Assembly: GCA_947440575.1 (NCBI GenBank)
Contig: CANETF010000001.1
Location: 10,400 to 74,399 of the forward strand
Source: Verrucomicrobiaceae bacterium
Lineage (GTDB): Bacteria; Verrucomicrobiota; Verrucomicrobiia; Verrucomicrobiales; Verrucomicrobiaceae
Length of the DNA: 64,000 bases
Reading direction: 5' to 3'
Under the pieces are notes generated by a model that worked only from the letters and a program-made list of their open reading frames with translations, had not been told where the DNA came from and made no database searches. This document shows positions 23,324 through 33,476 of the stretch, piece after piece (the first letter of the stretch is position 1; the number at the start of each line of letters is the position of its first letter). The position numbers and the translations under genes were made by a program.

Positions 23324-24502
23324 ATGGAGCTACTACACGGACTGCATCTGGGATACTGCACGAACATTCACCGAGGGGAGACTTGGGAAGAGACGTGGCG
23401 GGGTTTGAAAGAGTATACCTTGCAGGTGAAAAGCCGGGTGTGCCCAGTCGGCCGATCTTACGGTATCGGGCTGCGGCTCAGTGCGGTGGCGGCACGCGAA
23501 CTTGCTGAACCTAGCCAATTGGCAGCGTTTAAGTCCTGGCTGGAGGCAAACGATTGTTATGTGTTCACAATCAATGGGTTCCCGTATGGCGCATTCCATG
23601 GGACCCGGGTGAAAGAAGAGGTCTTCCGGCCGGATTGGACACAGCCGGATCGCTTGGCCTATACCTGCCAATTGTTCGATTTGCTGGCGGAGTTGCTGCC
23701 GGAAGGGATGAGTGGCAGTGTCAGCACGCTGCCTGGCAGCCACAAGACTTTCGGAGTCGGTGCGGAGGAGTTGGATGCGATCTTCGCCAATCTCCAAAGC
23801 TGTGCTCATCATGTCGAGAAGCTTGCAGAAAAGACAGGCCATGATTTGCATTTGGGATTGGAGCCGGAACCGCTCGGGTTGTTTGAGACTTCGGGGGAAA
23901 CGCTGAAGTTTTTTGGCCTTTATCTGGACCGGCACCCGGGAGACTCGGTGTTCTTCAGAAGGGTCGGACTGAACTACGACACATGCCATTTGGCGATTGA
24001 GTATGAGGAGCCCATGGCGGCACTGAATCGGATCACCCAAGCTGGAGTTCGGCTCAGTAAGCTCCATTTTAGCTCGGCGCTGAAACTCCGCCCAACGCTG
24101 GACAATCTTGAGCGATTGCGGGCCTATGACGAACCTGTCTACTTCCACCAGGTAATCGCCAAGGAGAGTGATGAATTGCCCCTGCGGCGATTCAAGGACT
24201 TACCGGACGCATTGGAGTTTGCCAAGCGCAGTCCTGACGCTGTTGGCCAAGAGTGGCGAGTTCATTTTCACATTCCGCTACACGCCGAGCCGGGTGGGGA
24301 TTTTCAAAGCACACGAGACCACCTGCTGGGCACCATGGACTGGCTTGCGAAGCAGCCGCAGAAGTGTTCGCACATCGAAATGGAGACCTACACCTGGGAA
24401 GTGCTGCCGGAGTCGATGCGAACGGGCTCAGTGGTCGATCAGCTAGTGAAGGAGTATGATTGGACCCTCGGGGAGATGCGCGAACGCAAACTGGCGCCGT
24501 AA
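23324..24502 (+). CDS. xylose-isomerase-like TIM-barrel protein, EboE-like
   Basis: The opening LHLGYCTNIHRGETWEE and overall size resemble the EboE (metabolite traffic protein) family as I recall it. No other ebo genes are nearby. Confidence 0.5.
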   Translation: MELLHGLHLGYCTNIHRGETWEETWRGLKEYTLQVKSRVCPVGRSYGIGLRLSAVAARELAEPSQLAAFKSWLEANDCYVFTINGFPYGAFHGTRVKEEVFRPDWTQPDRLAYTCQLFDLLAELLPEGMSGSVSTLPGSHKTFGVGAEELDAIFANLQSCAHHVEKLAEKTGHDLHLGLEPEPLGLFETSGETLKFFGLYLDRHPGDSVFFRRVGLNYDTCHLAIEYEEPMAALNRITQAGVRLSKLHFSSALKLRPTLDNLERLRAYDEPVYFHQVIAKESDELPLRRFKDLPDALEFAKRSPDAVGQEWRVHFHIPLHAEPGGDFQSTRDHLLGTMDWLAKQPQKCSHIEMETYTWEVLPESMRTGSVVDQLVKEYDWTLGEMRERKLAP

Positions 24503-24560
24503 GGACACGATTTTGACTGCAATTTGCGGTGGTGGTTGACGTTCTGAACGTAACCCACTG

Positions 24561-26960
24561 ATGCCTGCTTTGATTCGCTTCGTTCCTTTTGCGCTGTTCG
24601 CCATTTTTTGCTCTCTTTCTCGCGCTGAAGGGCCCGTCGCCGCGTTTCTCGACCAGCACTGCATCGGCTGTCATGACGCCGATGTGAAGAAAGGTGGCCT
24701 TGATCTTCAATCGCTCGAATTTGATCCTACTCAAAGTGTATGGATCAAGGTCTTCGAACGTGTGCGAGATGGGGAGATGCCGCCCAAAAAGAAGGCCCAG
24801 CCTGAAAAGACAGAGAAGGACCTTTTTCTCGCCTCTCTGAAGGAACCGTTGCTCAAGGCTGATGTGGAGGACATCGCCTCCATTGGGCGGGTGCGCAGCC
24901 GAAGACTTACCCGGGTCGAGTATGAGCACACGCTGCATGATCTGCTGGGTATTGATATCCCACTAAAAACGCTGTTGCCGGAAGATCGCGCCTCCCATGG
25001 CTTTGAAACCGTTGCCGATGGCCAACAACTCTCGCACCACCAACTGGCTCGCTATCTGGACGTCGCCGACCTTGCACTGGGCGAGGCCTTCAATCGGGCC
25101 GTCCAAGGGGATGTGTCGTTTGAGAAATTTGTGGACCCCAAAGCACTCAGTAAAAGCCGTGGTGGCAACTATCGCGGTCCAGAGCTTCGTAAGGGCGAGA
25201 GCCTTTCCTGGCCAATCACGCTTCAATTCTTCGGTCGGATGACAGAAACCACTGTGCCGGACGACGGCTGGTATCGCATCACACTCAAAGACGTGCGTGC
25301 CATCAACCCTGGAGCCGACGGAGTCGTCTGGGGCACACTGCGTTCCGGTGAATGCTATTCCAATGCGCCGCTGTTGTTCATGATCGGACTCGTCGAAGCT
25401 ACTGCGACAACGCGTGATCTGGTTTATGAGGCTTGGATTGAAAAGGGTCACATGCTGGAGTTAAAGCCGAATGATGGCCTGCTGAAAACCGCTCCGACCG
25501 GAGCCAAAGGAGGTAATGTTTCCTTCAATGGTCGTGATCTCTCCAAGCAAGGATTTGAAGGCATCGCGCATCGCGGCATCAAACTTCAGCGCATTCATCC
25601 GGATGCCGATCAAGCCGCCGTATCCAAGAACCTCTTCGGTGAACTGGAACTTCAATCGATCAAACCAGAAAGCCTCAACTCATTGATCACCCGGTTTGCC
25701 ACACGCGCCTTCCGGCGCCCCGTCACAATCGAACAAGCCGCACCCTATCACGAAATTGCCAAGAACTCTCTCGTCGAAGGTGACACCCCGATTGAAGCGC
25801 TGCGAACTGCCTACCGTGCCATTCTGTGCTCACCGCGCTTTCTCACCTTCATCGAGGCTCCTGGTCCGCTGGATGACTCTGCAATTGCCAGCCGTCTCAG
25901 CTACGCGCTCTGGTGCTCCATGCCGGACGAGGAACTCATCCGGCTTGCCAGTCAAAACGAACTCCGGGAGCGCGAAATTCTCGCCAAGCAAGTGGAGCGC
26001 CTGCTCACCGATGCGAAATCAAAACGCTTCGTTCAGAGCTTCACCGACCAGTGGTTGAAGCTCAACCAAATCGATTTTACCACGCCTGATGTTCGCCAAT
26101 TCCGCAGCTTCGATCCAATTTTGCAAACCTCGATGCTCGAAGAAACTCGCGCTTACTTTACCGAAATGCTGAGCCACGACTTGAGTATTACCCATCTCAT
26201 TGACTCAGACTTCGCCATTCTCAATGGTCGGCTTGCAAGGCACTATGCTGGCGAAAATCCGGTCCAGAAGAAGAACGCCGCTTCAAAGAAGGACAAAAAA
26301 GACAAGGTTAACTCGATCCCATCTTCCGAGGACCTCGTCGTCTCGGCTGTGCAGCCTGGCAGTGGTTTACAAAAGGTCGTTCTCAAGCCCGATTCGAAAC
26401 GCGGTGGCCTGATCACTCAAGGCGCCATCCTCAAAGTCACCGCCGATGGCACCAGCACCTCACCTGTTGTCCGAGGGGTGTTCGTGAATGAGCGTATCCT
26501 CGGCAACCCCATCCCTCCACCGCCGCCCGGTATCCCAGCCATTGAGCCCGACATCCGCGGAGCCACAAGCATCCGCGACCAACTGGACAAACACCGCAAT
26601 AATGAAAGCTGCGCCAGTTGCCATCAAACCATCGACCCACCCGGTTTCGCTCTCGAAAACTATGACCCTGTTGGTGTTTGGCGCAGGGCCTATGGCCAAA
26701 ACAATCAAGGCGCTTCGATCAATCCTGGTGGCAGCACCCCCGAAGGCCAACTTTTCAACGACCTAGCGACCTGGAAGCAACTTTACACCCAGCAACCGCA
26801 ACAGCTGGCCCGAGGCTTTGCTCGGCAATTCCTCACCTACGCCACCGGCGCTCCGCCACACTTCAGCGATGAAGCAGCAATCGACGACATCGCAAAAACA
26901 ACGCATCTGCGTTCAATTATCCGCGAGGTCATATTGAGTAACGTCTTTCAAACCAAGTAG
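24561..26960 (+). CDS. DUF1587/DUF1595/DUF1592/DUF1588/DUF1585 multi-domain protein with N-terminal CxxCH
   Basis: CIGCHD; RRLTRVEYEHTLHDLLGI; RLSYALWCSMPDEEL; FTDQWLKL; CASCHQTIDPPGFALENYDPVGVWR. Confidence 0.8.
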   Translation: MPALIRFVPFALFAIFCSLSRAEGPVAAFLDQHCIGCHDADVKKGGLDLQSLEFDPTQSVWIKVFERVRDGEMPPKKKAQPEKTEKDLFLASLKEPLLKADVEDIASIGRVRSRRLTRVEYEHTLHDLLGIDIPLKTLLPEDRASHGFETVADGQQLSHHQLARYLDVADLALGEAFNRAVQGDVSFEKFVDPKALSKSRGGNYRGPELRKGESLSWPITLQFFGRMTETTVPDDGWYRITLKDVRAINPGADGVVWGTLRSGECYSNAPLLFMIGLVEATATTRDLVYEAWIEKGHMLELKPNDGLLKTAPTGAKGGNVSFNGRDLSKQGFEGIAHRGIKLQRIHPDADQAAVSKNLFGELELQSIKPESLNSLITRFATRAFRRPVTIEQAAPYHEIAKNSLVEGDTPIEALRTAYRAILCSPRFLTFIEAPGPLDDSAIASRLSYALWCSMPDEELIRLASQNELREREILAKQVERLLTDAKSKRFVQSFTDQWLKLNQIDFTTPDVRQFRSFDPILQTSMLEETRAYFTEMLSHDLSITHLIDSDFAILNGRLARHYAGENPVQKKNAASKKDKKDKVNSIPSSEDLVVSAVQPGSGLQKVVLKPDSKRGGLITQGAILKVTADGTSTSPVVRGVFVNERILGNPIPPPPPGIPAIEPDIRGATSIRDQLDKHRNNESCASCHQTIDPPGFALENYDPVGVWRRAYGQNNQGASINPGGSTPEGQLFNDLATWKQLYTQQPQQLARGFARQFLTYATGAPPHFSDEAAIDDIAKTTHLRSIIREVILSNVFQTK

Positions 26961-26974
26961 TCCACCTCAACAAA

Positions 26975-28231
26975 ATGAGCACCTTCACTTTTCAAAAACA
27001 CCTCTCACGCCGTGCGATGCTACGGGGAACTGGTATCATGCTTGGTCTTCCCCTGCTTGAGGCGATGACCCCTGCGTTAGCGGCAGTCAGGGAGACCCAA
27101 CAAGCCAAGCGATTCGTTGGCGTGAGTTTGGCCTTGGGGCTGCACAATCCGAATCTGGTGCCGGAGGATAGTGGGCGGGATTACAAGCCCTCGCGGTACC
27201 TCGCTGGCATTCAGGATTTGCGGGAGGATTTCACGGTGGTGTCAGGTTCATCCCATCCAGGTGTGACGGGTGGACACACGGCGGAAGGCAGCATTTTTTC
27301 GGCTTGTCCGAATGCCCGCGGCTCGACGACACGCAACACCATTTCTCTCGATCAACTCATGGCGAAGCATCTGGGGCATGAGACCCGGTTTCCCTCGCTG
27401 GTTTTGAATACGAACTCCCAGACGAGCCCAAGCTACACGGAGAACGGCTCCATGATTCCCGCTGAAAACAGCGCGATGAAGCTCTTCACTCGACTGTTTG
27501 TCAACGACACCCCAGCCGAGCAGGAACGCCAGGCGGAACTCATTCGCAGTGGCCGGAGTGTCATGGACGTGGTCGGAGCTGAGGCGAAATCCCTTCAACG
27601 CGAACTCGGGGCGGGTGATCGAGACAAACTGGATGCCTGGTTTACCAGTGTGCGTGAGCTGGAACAGCGACTGGCTGCAAACGAGTCTTGGACTCACAAG
27701 CCCAAGCCGAAAGTAACGCTCAAACCGCCGACGCAAATTCCGAGAGACAATGAGGTGGCTGTGGAACGCATCTTTCTCGATATCATTCACATGGCACTGA
27801 TGACCGACAGCACACGCTTCATCACCCTCCATGTCACTGGCAACAACGTGCAGGGCATCGAAGGCGTGGATGAAGCTTATCACAACTTGAGTCACCACGG
27901 CATGGACGAGGAAAAACTGGCGCAACTGGCCCTCGTCGAGCAGGGCGTGATCAATGAGTGGGCGGGTTTCTTGCGCAAGCTCAAGTCCGGCAGCCTTCTT
28001 GACGAAACGATGGTGCTACTCACCTCGAACCTTGGCAATGCCTCCGCGCATGACAACAAGAACATGCCTGTGCTCTTCGCAGGTGGAGGCTTCAAGCACG
28101 GTCAGCATTTGGCCTTTGACCAAAAAGATAACTATCCGCTGCCGAATCTCTACCTGAGCGCCCTGCAGAAACTGGGATTGGAACAGGAAAGCTTCGCAAC
28201 GAGTTCCAAGGTCATGTCGGGGCTCCTTTGA
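26975..28231 (+). CDS. DUF1552 domain protein
   Basis: LSRRAMLRGTGIMLGLPLLEAM leader and the family-typical HH..E/NLSHHG segment. It immediately follows the DUF1592-type gene (14-nt gap). Confidence 0.8.
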   Translation: MSTFTFQKHLSRRAMLRGTGIMLGLPLLEAMTPALAAVRETQQAKRFVGVSLALGLHNPNLVPEDSGRDYKPSRYLAGIQDLREDFTVVSGSSHPGVTGGHTAEGSIFSACPNARGSTTRNTISLDQLMAKHLGHETRFPSLVLNTNSQTSPSYTENGSMIPAENSAMKLFTRLFVNDTPAEQERQAELIRSGRSVMDVVGAEAKSLQRELGAGDRDKLDAWFTSVRELEQRLAANESWTHKPKPKVTLKPPTQIPRDNEVAVERIFLDIIHMALMTDSTRFITLHVTGNNVQGIEGVDEAYHNLSHHGMDEEKLAQLALVEQGVINEWAGFLRKLKSGSLLDETMVLLTSNLGNASAHDNKNMPVLFAGGGFKHGQHLAFDQKDNYPLPNLYLSALQKLGLEQESFATSSKVMSGLL

Positions 28232-28249
28232 ACGGTGCCGATCAACGGA

Positions 28250-30922
28250 TCAAAGAGTACTGCCCTGAGTCTGAAACGCCTCACTCAGCACAATCGCCTC
28301 CACGAGAGCGTCAGCTTGATAGTCGGTTCGTTTCAGTTCGGCGAGCAATTCGAGGATCAATCCCTCATCCTGGGGTTTCAAGGCACGCCCCAGAGCAAAG
28401 GCCGTCAGCCGGCGGGTGAGGTTGGCGAGAAATTCGTCTTGATGGCGCGACTGGATGGCGGCCCGTAATTCGGCGGGACCGTTGATCGTAATACCACCGG
28501 GCAGGATCCCGGTGGCATCGACAGGCTTGCCGGCTTCCTGGCTGCGGAAGCGGCCGATCGCATCAAAATTTTCCAGACCAAAGCCAATCGGATCGATCTT
28601 GTCATGACAACCCGCGCAGCTTTCATTGCGACGATGAGCCGCAAGTTCTTCGCGTAACGTCTTGCCGCGCTCTCCGGCTTTGTCATCGAGTTGCCCGGCA
28701 TCAGCCGGGGGTTCGGCAAGTTTGCGGCCGAGCAGATTCTCCAGCACCCACTTGCCGCGGATCACGGGACTGGTGCGGTTAGGCGTGGAAGAGGCTGTTA
28801 GCACAGCCGCCATTCCAAGGAGCCCGGCGCGATGATCGCCAGTGAAAGTGACCGGCTTCATGTCCATGCTGGAAATGCCTTCGATCCCATACAGCTGGGC
28901 CAGTTCAGCGTTGGCGAAGGTCTCGCGTGTATCGAGTAACCGAGTGAGGCTGCCACCCGTGCGGAGCAGGTTTTCGTAAACAAGCACCGGCTCAAGTTTG
29001 ATCGCCTCAGCAAGGGCTGGGGTGAAATCGCGGAACTTTCTAGCGTCCGGCACGTGCTCGGAGCCAAGACCGGAAAAACCCAGCCACTGGCCTAGAAAGG
29101 TGCTTGTGAAAGCCCGTGACTTTGGATCCGCGATCATGCGTTTTGCCTGAGCTCGCAGGATGGCGTCGTCACCAAGTTCACCGGCATCGGCGAGCGCGCG
29201 GAGTTCTTCGTCCGGCATGGTCATCCAGAGAAAATAGCTCAGGCGATTGGCGAGCTGATGATCATCGAGCTGGCCGGCGCGGAGTTCGTCGCGAAAGGCA
29301 AAGCTTGGCGAGGTCAACGCAGCGGTGAACGCGAGCGATAACGCCTCGTCATGAGATTCACCTCGTGCCTTGGCTTTTTCAAAAATCTGCAGGTGCTTTT
29401 CAAGTTCGCCGTCACGCAACGGGCGACGAAAGGCACGCGGCAAAAAGGTGCCTAGTGCCTCGCGGACATCGGATTGGAAGAGGGGACGAGGCTTGGATCC
29501 TGTTGGCGAAAGAGGACCTTCAACCTTGATCCAATCGACGCCGGGGGCACCGATGCGTTGAGGTTCGGCGGTCGCCTGAGATTGAGCACTACCAATGAGC
29601 GAGGCAGGATCAAAAGGCATGCCGAGCACCTCCAAAGAATCCCCTACCACTTGTCGATTGCTAGCCAGTTTGGTCTTGTTTGCGGCTTCAATCTGGCGAT
29701 CAATTTCAATCACCGGAACCTTCAAGGCCTCAGCGAGCTGGCGTTTCGCCACGATCATGCCCTCGGTACGTTCGGGCAGCAGGTTGTAGAAACTGCGGAG
29801 TTCATTCGGGTTTCCATCCGGAGTCACGGCGCGGAGATACTCAATGCGCATCTGCATGCTCTGGAAGTTGCGATTGACCATATCCACAAGCTTCTTGATT
29901 TCTGCCGACGCTTTGGCGGGAAGCGGCAACTGCGGCGCGTTGATCTTTGCTGCGGCACCGACCAGGGGTGCGGCCTTCTTTTGGTCGAAGACAGGGTAGC
30001 CTCCCTTCGGGAGAGTGCGCGGCTTGCGGGCCGCCACAGGTGTCGCCTTTCGAAAGTGCGTATTGTCAATGTTCCAAGTCATTTGATGCGAACCCGCACG
30101 GAGCAGTAGTTCGACGGTTTGTTCCTGAGGTTTGTTGTCCTCACAGAGGAAATAGGCTCGGGGTTCGTTGTCGATGCGCAGTCGCATGCCGCTGTCCCCA
30201 CCACGACCGACCTGCTTCACCGTCAGGCGATACCAGCCATCGGCGGGCACGATGACTTCGTCATAAAGGGTGCGCTGCCCGGCCCCAGCGAGAGAGTATC
30301 CAACACCGCCGCCGGGCAAATCCTCAGGCTTCGAGCCGCGCTCGGTCATCAGCATTTTCTCGGCCTCAAACATCTTTTGCATGGGCTTCTGCTTCAAAGC
30401 GAGCGCGGCTTTCAGTGCGTAGTCTGCGGCGTCAAAGAGTTGCTCGGCCAACGTGGGTGAAATGAAAAGCGCATCGCGATCATTTGTGAAGCCCGAGAGA
30501 CCCGGGCCATCATCAAGGAGCAACTTGCCCGGTTCAAAATCGATACCGATGAGATCCCGCAGGGTGTTGTTGTACTCCGTTTTCGTCAGTCGCGGCAGGG
30601 TGACATGTTCAATACCCTTTTGCTGGCTCCAATCGATCGAAGCCAACCCTTGGCGCAGGAAATCAAGGATTTGCTCCCGTTCAGCAGAAGTCGGCAGCGG
30701 CTTCTTGGGCGGCATTTCTTCCTCTTCGACCTGCTGCAGCATGGTCTGCCAGAGTTTGAACTCCTTTTGCACACTCTGGAGTGAACCGAAGTGAGTGAGA
30801 TCGACGTCCCCCTTCTGCTTATCGGCGTTGTGGCAATCCAGGCAGTAGGTCTTTAATAGCGGCTGAATGTCAGCAGCGTGAGCCGAGACAACCATCAGCG
30901 CTGCAAAGGTGGCGAGTCTCAT
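28250..30922 (-). CDS. DUF1587/DUF1592/DUF1588/DUF1585 multi-domain protein with N-terminal CxxCH
   Basis: CLDCHN; RLTKTEYNNTLRDLIGI; RLSYFLWMTMPDEEL; FLGQWLGF; CAGCHDKIDPIGFGLENFDAIGRFR. Confidence 0.8.
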   Translation of the reverse strand: MRLATFAALMVVSAHAADIQPLLKTYCLDCHNADKQKGDVDLTHFGSLQSVQKEFKLWQTMLQQVEEEEMPPKKPLPTSAEREQILDFLRQGLASIDWSQQKGIEHVTLPRLTKTEYNNTLRDLIGIDFEPGKLLLDDGPGLSGFTNDRDALFISPTLAEQLFDAADYALKAALALKQKPMQKMFEAEKMLMTERGSKPEDLPGGGVGYSLAGAGQRTLYDEVIVPADGWYRLTVKQVGRGGDSGMRLRIDNEPRAYFLCEDNKPQEQTVELLLRAGSHQMTWNIDNTHFRKATPVAARKPRTLPKGGYPVFDQKKAAPLVGAAAKINAPQLPLPAKASAEIKKLVDMVNRNFQSMQMRIEYLRAVTPDGNPNELRSFYNLLPERTEGMIVAKRQLAEALKVPVIEIDRQIEAANKTKLASNRQVVGDSLEVLGMPFDPASLIGSAQSQATAEPQRIGAPGVDWIKVEGPLSPTGSKPRPLFQSDVREALGTFLPRAFRRPLRDGELEKHLQIFEKAKARGESHDEALSLAFTAALTSPSFAFRDELRAGQLDDHQLANRLSYFLWMTMPDEELRALADAGELGDDAILRAQAKRMIADPKSRAFTSTFLGQWLGFSGLGSEHVPDARKFRDFTPALAEAIKLEPVLVYENLLRTGGSLTRLLDTRETFANAELAQLYGIEGISSMDMKPVTFTGDHRAGLLGMAAVLTASSTPNRTSPVIRGKWVLENLLGRKLAEPPADAGQLDDKAGERGKTLREELAAHRRNESCAGCHDKIDPIGFGLENFDAIGRFRSQEAGKPVDATGILPGGITINGPAELRAAIQSRHQDEFLANLTRRLTAFALGRALKPQDEGLILELLAELKRTDYQADALVEAIVLSEAFQTQGSTL

Positions 30923-30942
30923 GTGTGTTCGAATCCGGAAGA

Positions 30943-33297
30943 TCAGCCGATCAAGTTTTCGCCACGATTTTCCTTTTGATGGATGGTAACGGGCCAGCCT
31001 GGGAATTGATTGGTCGGTTTGCCATCGGTGGCATCGATCAGAAAGCGAAAGGACTCAATCAAGTACGTTTTCTTTTCCGTGTCGAAGGTGATGAAGCCAA
31101 AGCCGCTGGCCTTCTCGTGAGCCTTATCATAGCGGTTTGGGGCTTGGCCTACTTGAGGATTTCCAACGGCGTAAATATAGGCTTTGTTGCCGAGTCCATC
31201 CAGGTACTCGCCGGTGTCACCATGGCCATGTTTAGGGCGGTTGGTATGCGGCATCTTCATCTCATCAGGCCGCCACCACCGCGGATACCCAGCGGCGATG
31301 GCTGGTGTGCAGAAGGACCAGTTGCTGTCACGCTGCTTGTCCACGCCGTACTGAGCAAGGGTGGTCAAATGCTGATCACCATTGATGTGCAGCGCCATCG
31401 AGGGACGCAGGATGTCGATGGCACGATTGCGGGGTGTTTGCGGCCAACCGCCGGAATCGAGATCAGCCTTCAAATAGCCATCCTCACTACCATGATGCGT
31501 GGCGGCATTGATGAAGACCGTCTGGCTAAGCAGGGCTTTGAGTGTGTGACCGCGCCAATCCTCTGACCACTGTTTCAGAAAAGCTTCCTGGCGTTCGCCG
31601 AGCATGACGAGGCCTGGTTTATCGAGCGCTGCAGTATCGAAATTCGCATCGGTGACGTGGTCAGCTCTGCCCGCGCCAGTTTCGACATGCTCGGGACCAC
31701 TTTTCCACTGACGATCGGCGATGATGGCAAAACTCACGCCTCCAAAAACCATATCGCCATAATAGACGCTGATGTCTTGCAAGAGGGGTTTTGAATCGAA
31801 GGCATCAGGGTGGTGCGCGACATTCGTTTTGTGGACCGCATTGACCATGCGTGCAGGCTCAATGTAGCCACCTTTCGACGAAGCACCGCTGTCACCGACA
31901 TCCATCTTCTTGCCGCCCTCACCCCAGATATTGCCTTGGAAAACATCATGATCATCTGGAAGACAAAGCGTGGGAGCATTGCGCATGACTTCGCGGAAGG
32001 CCCAGCCATGCTGATAGAATTTGCGCAAGTAGTTCAGGATCGCAGGCTCAGCAGGTTCGCGAATGAGACCGAAACCGCCGTGGTTCTCATAGATCTGGTC
32101 GCCAGAAAAGAAAACGAGATCGGGATCGAGTTTGACCAAGTTTTCAGCCACGGGTGCATAGGGGAAGCCGTAGTCATTTTGGCAAGTGAGAGCGGCCATG
32201 CGCAAGGGGCGGCCTTCGGGGTTGGCTTTGATGGTGCCGATCCACTCGTTCGGCGTTTCGCTTCCGTCTTTGTGTTTCTCCCGATACACCAGCTTGTAGG
32301 GTGTGCCAGTCTTGGCGTCCCAATTCGGAATGCGGAACGTGGCCACCCAGGCATCGGGATCCAGCTTGGCTGTACCCAGCGATTTCCAAGCACCTTTTTG
32401 CTGGATGTGCAGTTCGACGTTTTGATTGTCCTTGGCGCCCATGGGTCCCGTTAGAGCGCTGATTTTCATCACGAATCCCTCGGCTGTGCGCGAGTCACTA
32501 AGCGAATACATCGACCACAGGATGGGGCCAAATCGGTTTGCTTCGGTGACGGTGAATGCATCACCTTCCATCGTCCAGTTTTGGAATCGATAGCGTCCGC
32601 CACCAGCTAATGGTGTAGCTTTGGCTTTGCCTTTTTTCTTTGCCGCGCCGGCAGCACCAGCGCTGAAGTTGTTGGCGAGAGAGACGTTACCGAGGAGCAT
32701 TTCCGCAGGGACGGATTCGCTGACTGTAGCGAGCAGTTTGCCGGTCTCTGTATGAGTGGCTGCCAGCGTCAACGCGCATTGGTTACCGATGGCTTTTCCT
32801 TTGAGCGTGAGATGAATTTGAGCGAGATCAGACCCACTTGGGAGCGCGCTCTTTTGCGAACCCAGGATGAGCTGATCTCCTTGCCAGCCTGCATCGAAGC
32901 CTTTGAGAACGAAGCAGTTGCTGCGGTGTTCGTTCAGCTCGCTGCGGATGCCGATACGGAAGCCTGCACCGCCGTCGGCATGGTTGGTTTCAAGGCGGGT
33001 CAAAGTCACCGAGAGCGAGAAGCTGCCGTTGTGGGTGATTTGATGAGTCAGCGAATGCACACTTCGGCCCGCACCCGAGTTGAGGCATTCGGCACCGCCC
33101 TCACTCACACGCCAGTCTTCCATTGGGTTTGCCCAAAACTCACCACCGAGGAAGACCCGATCATGGGTCTTTGTCCAGTCGGTCGACACTGACTCTTCGG
33201 CCAAAACTGAGGTTTGTCGGCTTGCGATGCCTGCGAACGTTCCCGCAGTGATGAGTTTGAAACTGTTTCGGCGAGTGATTTTCGATGTCATGTCCAT
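30943..33297 (-). CDS. PhoD-like (alkaline phosphatase D family) metallophosphatase with N-terminal beta-sandwich extension
   Basis: Tat-like leader ([15 protein letters not shown]). Metallophosphatase motifs FFSGDQIYE and [11 protein letters not shown], plus INGDQH. Confidence 0.75.
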   Translation of the reverse strand: MDMTSKITRRNSFKLITAGTFAGIASRQTSVLAEESVSTDWTKTHDRVFLGGEFWANPMEDWRVSEGGAECLNSGAGRSVHSLTHQITHNGSFSLSVTLTRLETNHADGGAGFRIGIRSELNEHRSNCFVLKGFDAGWQGDQLILGSQKSALPSGSDLAQIHLTLKGKAIGNQCALTLAATHTETGKLLATVSESVPAEMLLGNVSLANNFSAGAAGAAKKKGKAKATPLAGGGRYRFQNWTMEGDAFTVTEANRFGPILWSMYSLSDSRTAEGFVMKISALTGPMGAKDNQNVELHIQQKGAWKSLGTAKLDPDAWVATFRIPNWDAKTGTPYKLVYREKHKDGSETPNEWIGTIKANPEGRPLRMAALTCQNDYGFPYAPVAENLVKLDPDLVFFSGDQIYENHGGFGLIREPAEPAILNYLRKFYQHGWAFREVMRNAPTLCLPDDHDVFQGNIWGEGGKKMDVGDSGASSKGGYIEPARMVNAVHKTNVAHHPDAFDSKPLLQDISVYYGDMVFGGVSFAIIADRQWKSGPEHVETGAGRADHVTDANFDTAALDKPGLVMLGERQEAFLKQWSEDWRGHTLKALLSQTVFINAATHHGSEDGYLKADLDSGGWPQTPRNRAIDILRPSMALHINGDQHLTTLAQYGVDKQRDSNWSFCTPAIAAGYPRWWRPDEMKMPHTNRPKHGHGDTGEYLDGLGNKAYIYAVGNPQVGQAPNRYDKAHEKASGFGFITFDTEKKTYLIESFRFLIDATDGKPTNQFPGWPVTIHQKENRGENLIG

Positions 33298-33476
33298 TGG
33301 GAACGCGTGGAATCCTCTGCTTTTTCCACTATTTTGGTGGCCTATGAGCGTCGAAGGTCTAGCGGTGATGCTTCATAAGATCGTCCTATTTCGCATCGAC
33401 GCTTTCGGTCACTTGAGACAAGACGCAACGATATGGGATCCGACGGGCAGCTCCACGTTTTCAAGCATGAAGCCGA

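Noticed and set aside
30921-30942. GTTCGAATCC string resembling a tRNA T-loop
   Set aside because: It sits in a 20-nt gap between two coding genes. There is no room for a cloverleaf and no acceptor or anticodon stems.
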